Assembly: GCA_951406725.2 (NCBI GenBank)
Contig: OX597821.1
Location: forward strand, 63,550,001 to 63,614,000
Direction of reading: 5' to 3'
DNA from: Octopus vulgaris
Taxonomy: Eukaryota
Length of the DNA: 64,000 bases
In this document: piece by piece, positions 53,151 through 64,000 of the stretch
How the letters are laid out: every line of letters starts with the position of its first letter
How positions within the stretch are numbered: the first letter of the stretch is position 1
The notes under the pieces: model-generated
Seen by the model: the letters and a program-made list of their open reading frames with translations, nothing else
What the model was told of the DNA's origin: nothing
Databases searched by the model: none
Translations under genes and position numbers: made by a program

Positions 53151-53520
53151 ACAAATTGAAACGGAAGGATACAAGTACCTTGGTGTATCAGAGTTCAACG
53201 AGATAACGGAAAATGAAATGAAAGATCAACTGAGGGTGGAGCATTTCCTAAAAGTTAGGCTCAAAATTGACTGGATGGAATGAAATCCAAGTAGTTAATG
53301 CGTAGACGATAGCATCGCTTTGGTATGGAGTAAGAATTATAAAATGGCAAAAGAGAGAAATTAAGAAAATGGATACCAAGACCAGAAAAAAATTGACAGT
53401 ACACGGAGCCTTCCACTCTAAGAGTGACACCGATAGCTTATACTTGTCCAGAAGAAAGGGTAGGAGAGGTTTTATCAGTTGCCGGGACCGTATGGTAGCT
53501 GAGGACAACAGTTATTTCTA
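53150..53520 (+). pseudogene. Second R4/Dong-like RT fragment
   Basis: GYKYLGV...MDTKTRKKLTVHGAFHSKSDTDSLYLSRRKGRRGF. Confidence 0.8.
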
Positions 53521-53900
53521 TTGTATCGGGAATAGAGGGCCAATCGTTGTGTAAAATCCCGAAGGACCACATCTTTGTTCAATCGAAAGTGTATCACGCG
53601 GAGTTAATAACGATGATTATTTTGGAACGGAACATAAATCTTATGCTGTGCTTGCTTGATCGGATTCGGCAACCACTCTGTATTACACGGTTTTCGGAGG
53701 AAACTGTAACATGACATTCTTAGTTGTCGCTTTCTTTGCGTCATATGTAATGGAAGATATTTTTCGAAACATATACTTAACAGTCACTAGCAACCTGGGA
53801 AACTATACTCTAATCATCACAATGACTGGTCTGTTTTTATGGATTATACTTAAGTGTACTTTCATATTTCTTTGCTCGAAAAGAGTCAATGCGAGAAGTA

Positions 53901-53954
<54 letters not shown>

Positions 53955-54058
53955 CAATATAGGGTGGCAAAAAATTCAAGAAAAATTCAAGAAAATTTTT
54001 CTGCAACCAGCGGTTAAGTGAGGAAAATAGAAATAGTCACAGACTATATAATATATTC

Positions 54059-54274
54059 AACAAAGTATTAAGGAACGACCCTGACAGGTCTTTCAACTCA
54101 CTTGAAAAGAGCAGCTAAACTCAAACCGCAAAAATAGTAGTAATTCTGAAAGCTAAAGGATGTTTTTATTTCTCCTTTAGCTTTCAGAATTACTACTATT
54201 TTTGCGGTTTGAGTTTGGCTGCTCTTTTCAAGTGAGTTGAAAGACCTGTCAGGGTCGTTCCTTAATTCTTTGTT
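54059..54274. repeat. Near-perfect hairpin, 102-bp arms, between TA-rich tracts
   Basis: 54059-54160 / 54173-54274, two mismatches seen, 12-nt loop. Confidence 0.9.
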
Positions 54275-54442
54275 ATATATATATATATATATATATATAC
54301 AACTTATAAACAAGGGCAAAAGAAATAAATTCTAATGCCAAATATGCCGAAAATAGACAAATCGTCAAGAAACCATTTAATTTATCACTATAAGCACGCG
54401 TCTCGAAGTAAGCCGACGGAAATTTCTAAAAAAATTCCGTTA

Positions 54443-54505
54443 TTATCGTATCGGTCCCAATTTCAGAGTTAATTCATAAAAGTTTTTGCTCCTCGTCAGC
54501 GATAA
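54443..54505 (-). ncRNA. Type I hammerhead ribozyme (inverted copy)
   Basis: Reverse complement of 54631-54693. Confidence 0.75.
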
Positions 54506-54630
54506 ATACGGTAAGACATAAATGTAATACTTATTTATACCATGGAAGAAGCAAACTTAGGTGTGCTCATGACTTAGTGTTTGCTTCTTCCATGGGTATA
54601 AGTAAGTATTTCATTTATTTCTTACCGTAT

Positions 54631-54693
54631 TTATCGCTGACGAGGAGCAAAAACTCTTATGAATTAACTCTGAAATTGGGACCGATACGATAA
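54631..54693 (+). ncRNA. Type I hammerhead ribozyme
   Basis: ttatcg CTGACGA ggag...ctct GAAA ttgg-ga-ccga TA cgataa; all three stems pair. Confidence 0.8.
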
Positions 54694-57517
54694 TAACGGA
54701 ATTTTTTTTAGAAATTCCTCTCCGCTTACTTCGAGACGCGTGTTTATAGTGATAAATTATATGGTTATTGACGTTTTGTCTATTTTCGGCATATTTGGCA
54801 TTAGAATTTTTTCTTTTGCCTTTGTTTATAAGTTGTTTATAGACTTAACCTTTAAAGGTATTTTTTAATATGCTGGCCATTGACAGATTTTTTTCGAAAA
54901 ATTTTATCCTATATTAGATGTATATATATATATATATTGTAGATAGTCAAGGAAACTAAATGGATGTCTGACAGTCGCTGATTTGTAAATTCAAATTTGT
55001 TAACCTATATTCCATGAATTACTTGCTTCTGCCTAAAGTCACAAATTAGTTGGACGTGGATATAAGTCGATTAGATTGAGCATATTTACTCAGTGTATTC
55101 ATTGTTGTTACACACAAAGCCGGAAGCATGAAACGCAAAGCAACGCCAGAGGGAATTAAAATGATAACATAGAAAACCGAATGTTTTAATGCAATTATTC
55201 TGGTGCATTGTCTTCTCTGCTACTTTATAGTTCTCATTAATCCTAAGATGAAGGATGAATTTATTTATTTCGTCAAATATCGTATTTCATTCTAGAATTA
55301 TGTTGTCTTCTCGATTTAGTAGCAATGAAAGATCATATCAATGCTATTTCAACAGACCAATCCGTATAAAATATAAATAGTTGGCACAACAGCTTCCCAC
55401 TCCTTCAGGTTAATATGGATACATGTTCTGAAATGAAATGCTTCTTACCAAAAAATTTGCCAGAACTTTTGCCAAAATTCCGACTTAACTTACAAGGGAA
55501 AAAAGAAAGAAAAATTGTTTTAAAAAATATATTCTTACTGGTATTGATTTAGTATTTAGCCTTCATTTAGTGATAAGTAACAGATTCGAAAGACTGGCTA
55601 CTTTCTAAATTGGTTTCTTATATTTGTTAGTGAATGAAGTTGTTATGGTTTGTTTCCAGCTTCGTTAGCAATAGCATTAATGAATGGATTTGATTCGTGC
55701 AATCGAAAGTACATCTATATTTAGAATTGTATGTTATCGATCCACTGAGCTGTCAAGATCATTCAATAAGCAACGCATGGTTTTAAATTCAGTCTATTCT
55801 CCTATCAATAGAAATTGATTCCAGCAACTCCAAAAGATTGGTGTTATGTTAGCAGAACTTTCAAACAAGTGTATAAACACTGCCTTCATTCAGCATAACA
55901 CGTCCGACTGTAAACAGAAGCAACTAGAAATGCAAAGATCATGTGAGATCAACATTGAATAGAAACACAGAAATATATGTTTCGATATCTGAGTGTGTAT
56001 CTGTGGAAGCATTGTTCTTGTGACGTATTAAGTTAATGAACGTGTTTAAGAACATGCGTGAATGTTATCGTAAGATCATAAGAGAGTTAGCAAAAGCACT
56101 ACTAGCTAATTCAGTAAGCCATGACACGTATTCAGAAGCTGTGGATTCTTTTGGAAACTGATTATTCAGTGTACTTTTCTCCGTACGAGTACATTAGCTT
56201 TCTTCTGTCATATTTAATGCAAAAATATATTATATAACACATAGTTAAACATACTATAGAGATGAGAGAGTAATGTGTACCAGTGTATATTGTCTGATGC
56301 AGTCAGAACTTGTTGAATCATATAGTCATTAGCATTCACGTCTCCAAGTACAGAAACTACAAATATGTATATTTACCCACCACACTTTGACACTGGTAAA
56401 ACATCATATTCTATACAATTGAGGCTTACAATCTGTGATTTCTTTTCATATTGAATATCCTTTACCAAATATACGAACATGCATCCAAAATGCCAAGCTA
56501 CTTTTGAAATCTAGTTGTTTATTCTATACAAAACAGTTTCTGCGCACGAATATTTGTGAATCTATAGAAATCATAGGAAGTTGCTAGGTTAGATTAGCTA
56601 GTCATACATAATGCACAAACCAGGCTCCTTTTATTATTTAATGGGAAAGGATGGTGAGAGTGACACAGGTGACATTCAGATGCAATGCCTGTAGAAGGAA
56701 GATTTGTATCTGAGATTATTCTAACTACATAAGAATAGTGCCAGCAGATTGTGATATAGAAAAAGTGAAACAGGTCTGTAAATATAAGCGCATTTTTGCT
56801 TTTTGTTAATCAATCAATGTAAGAGAATAAGGCCCATGGCTAGTTTAGACCTTATCATTGCTGAACCTGATTTTGTTGTTGTTAGTTCTTGTAGCTTATA
56901 GTTACATCCAACGTCTATCCATTGATGTCTCCTGGAACACATGGATGGAGATGGATTATATATGGTTGGAGATTTTGGAAAGGCTATTTTGTAAAGATAT
57001 TTTTAATGTTGGAATTGGTAGATATGATACGCTATGATGTTAACAGGAAGGAAAATATATGTATCAGCTCTGGCTTGGTCTTAACTGTTAAATAGTTAGG
57101 ACCACCATAATCTGTGATATTAACGATAGAATGGGTATTGAGATGTTATTGCATGCCATTCAGCTGCTACAGTGAGCCAGAAAGGAAGTCATTGCTAATC
57201 AACCAGTTGAGTATGTTCACAAATGTAAAATATTTGTGTATGCATTAAATTGTTTCATTTTGGTGCGGTTCTTACTCAGGGTCCCTCGGGGATTAGCAAT
57301 AATGAAATATATAGTGTACAGTTGCTGTGGATAGTGAATCCTTTCACTTATATATGGTTTCCAACACTGACAGAAGACAATCAAGAAAACGACCAGAAAT
57401 AAAAGTATCATAAAAGAAAACATTTATCGTCTTGTTGGTTTAGATCTTAACGTTTAACTGTAAAGACGGATCAGGTGACGGAGATTGATAGATACTTCAA
57501 CGGATAGGGATAAAGAT

Positions 57518-57625
57518 AAGTAGATAGATAGATAGATAGATAGATAGACATATAGATAGAGAGATAGACATATAGATAGATAGAGAGATAGACAGACAGA
57601 TAGAAAGATATATATATATATATAT

Positions 57626-57659
<34 letters not shown>

Positions 57660-57723
57660 GGATAGATAGATAGACAGACAGATAGATAGATAGATATATA
57701 GATAGATATATAGATAGATATAT

Positions 57724-57754
<31 letters not shown>

Positions 57755-57782
57755 AAGGGAGAGGGAGGGATAGATAGATAAA
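57518..57782. repeat. (GATA)n/(TA)n/(GA)n microsatellite
   Basis: Direct inspection. Confidence 0.95.
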
Positions 57783-58283
57783 GATGACTACGAAGCAATA
57801 AGTCAGCTGCGCACCCCCAAGAATATATATTATGAACAACGTTAATTCTCAAAAGCGCATGAATAGGAAACGAAATATACCGTATATAGTTTATGTAACT
57901 ACATACACTGAATAGCATAATAAGAACACTTTTTTGCGATGGGGTACTGGACTGTTTCTAGCTTTAAGAGTATCACGAGAGGCTTGGAGTCCCAACTTTC
58001 CAAGTTCTATTATAGGGCCTAAAACACTGAATGATCACTGCAATTAGTGTGTGAATCTGAGAGGGGAATATGTTGGATGAAATTATAATGGACTGATCCA
58101 CCTGTATTTTCTTTTATTCAAAGCCAGAATTTTTTAGCAGCCCGCTTTGTATTTATGCCCATCACCCATTGTATTTATACCAAAACATGAAGAAATCATA
58201 TTAACATAGGTTTTAATGGAATACACTTATGCCATAAACATCAGGATCGCCAAACTTCAATTCATTGAAATAAAATAAAGAAT

Positions 58284-58675
58284 GCGCAGGAGTGGCTGTG
58301 TGATAAGTAGCTTGCTTACCAACCACATCGTTCCGGGTTCAGTCCCACGGCGTGGCACCTTGGGAAAGTGTCTTCTACTATCCTCGTGAGTGGATTCGGT
58401 AGACGGAACCTGAAAGAAGCCCGTCGTATATATGTATATGTATATATATATGTGTGTATGTGTTTGTGTGTTTGTGTGTTTATGTTTGTCCCCGCAACAT
58501 CGCTTGACGACTGATGCTGGTGTGTCTACGTCCCAGTAAATTAGAGGTTCGGCAAAAGAGACTGATAGAATAAGTGCTAGGCTTACAAAGAATAAATCCT
58601 GGGGTCGATTTGCTTGACTAAAGGCGGTGCTCCAGCATGGCTGCAGTCAAATGCCTGAAACAAGTAAAAGAGAAC
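58284..58675 (+). mobile_element. SINE family C, near full length
   Basis: gcgcaggagtggctgtgtgataagtagcttgc...ccgggttcagtccc (B-box-like)...internal (TA)/(TG)...gcagtcaaatgcctgaaacaagtaaaagag. Confidence 0.85.
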
Positions 58676-59227
58676 CAGGAAAAATATACCTCAAGCTGCG
58701 AAGTGATCTGAACACACGGAAATATATCTCCGAACATTACCATTATCCGAACACCCATTTTGTCAAATAATCGAAGACAAAATAAACAGCCATTATATTT
58801 CATAATGGATTTTCAACTTGTAGGAGCTTTCAATATATCATTAACAATTTATCCAGTTAGAATATGATATTTATTCTTAATTGCCTAAATTTTAAAATAC
58901 TATTATGTGGACTACGCTCAATCTATGCATTAAACCACCTATCATCTTATTTACTTCCTTTTCTATAAGTCTCTTCACCCCTATCAACCTATTTACGTAT
59001 CTATCTTTCTATCTATCAATCTATTTACATATCAATCGGTCTATCTATTTACCAATGTATATCTCGTATCTATCTATTTTTCAGTCTTTCTGAATGTATT
59101 TCTCTGTTCATCTAATCTATCGCTCTATCCGTATATCTGTCACTCTAACTTTCGATATATCTTTCTCTCTCATCTCATTGTTTCTCATTGTTGTAAGCTA
59201 CAGATAACTACTCCCACTCGATATATG

Positions 59228-60208
<981 letters not shown>

Positions 60209-60211
<3 letters not shown>

Positions 60212-60430
60212 CAGAGAGTAGAGTCTCAGCTGTTTATGTCGAGCTTAATAGTCAAATCCCGTTATGCCATTTTTTGTTTTTAGTGAATGATCTTTGTGGT
60301 GCTTCGATCCTTATTATACCTTGCACGTATATATATATATATAAAGATCAATCACTAAAAACAAAAAATGGCATAATGGGACTTGAGTATTAAGCTCGAC
60401 ATAAACAGCTGAGACTCTACTCTCTGCAAT
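60209..60430. repeat. Inverted repeat, ~87 bp arms, with (TA)n in the spacer
   Basis: ttgcagagagtagagtctcagc...tgatcttt / aaagatca...gctgagactctactctctgcaa. Confidence 0.85.
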
Positions 60431-60449
60431 GCCGCTGTAAGCGATACAT

Positions 60450-60850
60450 TATTTGCATCATGCGGAAAATATTCCACCAATATTTTCCAAATGATATCCG
60501 TATTAAATTTACAATTCATCCAAGACTACGTCCCCGTGCAATGCGTCCCCTGCAAAGGTTCAGATTACATCGCATAAGCGCTTTGCGACACAATTTCTTC
60601 ACTGCAAATGGTCCTACTCTTTTCAGTGTTATCCCGAAAGAAATTAAAGTAGAAAAAGACCCCACAACTTCCAAACGGTACCTGCACACATTCCTCCAGG
60701 AAATACCGGATAACCCACCTACACCTGGATATATCTCAACCAACAAATTCTCTCTGCTGAGTGGTCCATGGTGTCCCAAAATAATTAACTAAAAGACTTT
60801 TCCAGATGGTGCTATTAAGTAAGTCATGGCTGAAACCAATCTAAGTTATA
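60450..60850 (+). pseudogene. CR1/L2-group LINE ORF2 3' fragment
   Basis: NFFTANGPTLFSVIPKEIK...KRYLHTFLQEIPDNPPTPGY; homologous to 63560-64000. Confidence 0.7.
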
Positions 60851-60858
60851 TATATACA

Positions 60859-61100
60859 ATGGTATTTTTATATAAGCTTATAGCGATCACCGTGCAATGA
60901 ATAAAGAAAATAGTTAACAAACGGATGTTGGTTCGGCTATCACGCGGATAGGAAAGCCTTCTTTTTTCTTTCGAGGGCTTATGTGCCCCTCTATTAGACT
61001 ATTTTCCTCAATCATTGCACGGTGATCGCCATAAACTTTAAGCTTATAAAAAAGTACCATACTCGGCACCGTATAAAAAATCATTCTCACCGAAAGCATA
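60859..61100 (+). repeat. Diverged fold-back insert ending in (TA)n
   Basis: ggtattttatataagctt...gatcaccgtgcaatga..gaaaatagt / actattttc..tcattgcacggtgatc...aagcttata..tacc. Confidence 0.6.
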
Positions 61101-61439
61101 TATATATATACACACAAACTTTTCAGGGAGTAAATTTGGGATTCTCAAAGGACAATGCAAATTTAAGGAATAACAGAAGCACCTCACAACAGAAGAGTTT
61201 TTCAGAGCAAGAACTCCCATCCGACAAGTTTTTCGACCTGTATATCTGAAACTGTACGGGAGCCGGACTCTCCCAAGTCATGACTTCTAGGTGCCCCCTT
61301 GCTGCTTTTCAAAATCCTGTCTCCAGCAGGATTTGTACCTAGGTAGATCTATTGTTCCCAGGTCTACGTTTCAGCCCATCAGGCCACTCTGACCGACGGA
61401 GGAACTAGTTTCTTTCTTCCTTCTATTCTTGTAAATAAC

Positions 61440-61815
61440 CAGTGGAATCCATAGCTAGGTCCATTGGTCATTTCTTTTCAACCATATCTACGTTGGGATC
61501 TTTTCAGCAATATCAGACAAGCATTTAATTGTGGTAGTTCTTCTATGGCTTTGATACCCAATTGTCCATGTAGCCGGCAGGATGATGCAGTCACGAATCC
61601 TCACGGTCCAAATTCAACTGTTTTTACAGTAAAGTGGTAACCCTCACTCCCTAACTGTTTTGCCAGCTCATCATGTTTGCTCATCTTAAAAATGTGCTGC
61701 TCTGCTATGCGGCTTCCTTATGGTACTGACAACTCAATGAAACCATTTTGGCACCGTGCGCCAACCACAAGGCGATGTCCGCTCTCAAAACATTCTTGGT
61801 GATGAACTCTGGGTA
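61440..61815 (-). pseudogene. HERO/NeSL-like restriction-like endonuclease fragment
   Basis: Minus strand RADIALW...FIELSVP...KHDELAKQLGSEGY..VKTVEFGP*GFV...LGI matches the RPD...IELTVP...VEVG.RG pattern. Confidence 0.7.
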
Positions 61816-62174
61816 GTAATAATATAATTAAGGTATCTTCGGTCTAATGTGTAGCTGGTTTAGGACGCCTATTTGAGTAACTATTAGGTCAGAGGATCTC
61901 CTATGTAAGAAATATATGTAGCCTGGATCTTAACTGCTCCACTACAGCAATTTGAATTTTTATTTGCGTTCATAAGAACTCAAATTGCTAGCAGTGAACT
62001 ACTAAAAATTATTTTCAGTTTATCAAAATTCGATATCGAACTTCAGCTTATCGATATTCGAAAAGCCTATAGCATTAGACACCCATAAATTATTATTCTT
62101 CCGCAAAGTTGTTTTTATACCTAAAGATACACACTTCTTACACTTAGATCTTGATTTATAATTACCTGTAAACG

Positions 62175-62370
62175 CACGTGCTGTTGGTGATTTCTATTCC
62201 TTCTTTGGACTTTTCCCTTTTTTCCTTTCCCACGAAGAGTCATACTCGAAACATCAAGCTCTCTCTCTTTTCACCGAGCTACAAGCTATTACATTTCTTG
62301 TGCACCTCCTCTTGTTGCCCGTTAAATTTACACGTTCTTTTTAATGCACTTCATATTTGACTTTACTATA
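62175..62370 (+). mobile_element. Diverged relative of family D ending in (TA)n
   Basis: cttt CCCACGA a gagt-cat-actc GAAA ca TC aag, followed by gagc..cta.tacattt..tgt.cacc as in family D. Confidence 0.45.
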
Positions 62371-62424
62371 TATATATAGTCAATATATATGTTGACTATA
62401 TATATACATGTATTATATATATAT

Positions 62425-62945
62425 AATTAAAATGAGGGTGAATAATTGGATATTGATTATAAACAAATGTTTCATTATCAACGAATTACGTAATTTTACT
62501 TACATAATTTTATCTGTAGATCTTCAGTATTATCGTCTATACAAATATAATTTGCCGAACTACACACTCGAAACATCAATTTTAAGACCAGTGGTCTAGC
62601 ATATAAAAAGCTGAGGTTCAGTAAATTAATATCCAATTTTTCACACTCATTTTAAATTTATTTTAAAATTAATACGTTCTGAAACCGGCAAAGGCTACTG
62701 CAGTGAATTATTTTATGCAGTATTATTTCCGGTAATTTAGCGCGCCAAAACGAAGACATTTAAAAAAAATAACCACAAGTGTAATAGATAGAACTGCATG
62801 CATTTTCGACCTCGTGTTGATGTCTGGTGTGTAGTTCGGCAAATTATATTTGTATAGACGATAATACTGAAGATCTACAGATAAAATTATGTAAGTAAAA
62901 TTACGTAATTCGTTGATAGTGAAACATTTGTTTATAATCAATCTA
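62425..62945. mobile_element. Fold-back insert with HHR-like motif
   Basis: Arms 62453-62556 / 62827-62942; ata CTGAAGA tcta...tagt GAAA catttg TT tat at 62864-62935. Confidence 0.65.
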
Positions 62946-63302
62946 TATTTTTGTTACGTTTCATTTGTCTTGCTCGCTTACGTTTCTAGTGTTTGCTAAA
63001 TTTTCTAGAGAACAACTTTTAGTGGTAAGACCCTAGCGGATCTTCTTCTAGGATAAAGGTTTCCGCATATTGGTAGATACGCCCTTATATGCATATAATA
63101 CTATATATATATGTATATATATATACTCAAATATGAATGAGGAATATAAGCATATTGTTCATATTCCTCGGGGCGCTTCTCATTCATATTTGAAATTTTT
63201 CCATGGTATGTAACGTTGGGATCTACCAGTTCACGGTTCTCACACCATTTCGAATATAGTCATAGTGAGCGATTTGGCTTACGCATGACTTCGTTTTGGG
63301 AA

Positions 63303-63351
63303 CGTGGAATTGATAAGTCACAGAGACGATGAAACATTCATGTCTACCACG
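63303..63351 (+). ncRNA. Hammerhead-like motif with U3-A8 core
   Basis: cgtggaa TTGATAA gtc-acagagac-gat GAAA cat-tc-atg TC taccacg; lies in an insert starting after (TA)n with a short inversion at 63128-63194. Confidence 0.6.
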
Positions 63352-63559
63352 CATGCAACGGGACCTGGCGTGCGTTGTTTCGCTTGAGTTTTATTTCTAT
63401 GTGTTTTTAAACTAGACGCATTGACGAGAAAATTCTCTCATGCCTATAAATCACAACCTGCAGATGAACCGGCTAACCACATATCTTGTGAATATTTGTT
63501 GGATATTGTTTATACATACATATATATATATATATTATTTTTTTATTCCATCTAGTTTC

Positions 63560-64000
63560 AGCTCACAAGCCAGTGGTCGAGCAACATTTGGTGTTGCTAC
63601 ATGATTTTATTTCACGAATGCTTTTTAGCAATTGACATTTGGTGCATGAGAGAGTTTGATGCAGCTGCCCTCATCTGCACCTCCTGCCGCAAAGTTGATT
63701 CATCTGGAACACCTGACAGGAAGAGGTCCAGCTTTATCTTGAAGACACCCACATGCACCCCATGAAGGTCTCTCAGGTCCTTCGGGAGATTATGGAAGAG
63801 CTGTGGACCTCCAAAGCCCAGGCTATTGCAGTATCTTGTCCTACATCTTTATGGCAAATTTGGAGTACTTAGCACTATGCAGTGGCGCCCAGTTCTAGTA
63901 TTTGTGTGACTCTCGATGCCAAAGTTTGGGACAAGTTCTTCCAGGATCTTCCAGATGTATATTATGGCATATCTTTCTCGCCTACGCTCTAAGGAATAGA
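63560..64000 (-). pseudogene. CR1/L2-group LINE ORF2 3' end (continues beyond the window)
   Basis: Minus strand YSLERRRERYAIIYIWKILEELVPN...GPQLFHNLPKDLRDL..FKIKLDLFLSGVPDE. Confidence 0.85.

Larger units (their letters stand above)
54300..54920 (+). mobile_element. Fold-back (TA)n insert with canonical HHR (PLE 3' end)
   Basis: Arms 54300-54556 / 54579-54835, then a tail to (TA)n. Confidence 0.8.

Noticed and set aside
55100-57400. Repeat-poor block, possibly an old LINE or gene
   Set aside because: No ORF or motif I can support.

Overview
Eukaryotic, AT-rich, repeat-dominated DNA with no confidently identifiable host gene. The SINE families and dense (TA)n/(CA)n/(GATA)n/(AAT)n microsatellites suggest an octopod cephalopod (inference). 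Two elements are near-intact. (1) A ~8.8 kb Penelope-like retroelement (PLE, 18301-27104) has an uninterrupted 840-aa RT + GIY-YIG ORF (probably Hydra clade), 1781-bp direct pseudo-LTRs, a 5' inverted segment and three minimal hammerhead ribozymes (HHRs). (2) A 3.8 kb hAT DNA transposon (28657-32453) carries one frameshift. The rest is SINEs, mariner/Tigger MITEs, Gypsy, R4/Dong-, HERO- and CR1-like LINE remnants, and many short fold-back inserts in (TA)n that look like PLE 3' ends. Most unusual signals: (a) the PLE 3' UTR contains fold-back segments whose arms carry dense one-directional A>G changes, on the minus strand in one block and the plus strand in the next, resembling ADAR hyper-editing copied into DNA by reverse transcription; (b) the window holds many HHR motifs with non-canonical cores (U3-A8 compensatory in two unrelated families; CUGUNGA in four copies), plus a 555-nt retrozyme-like unit. 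All alignments and counts were done by eye.
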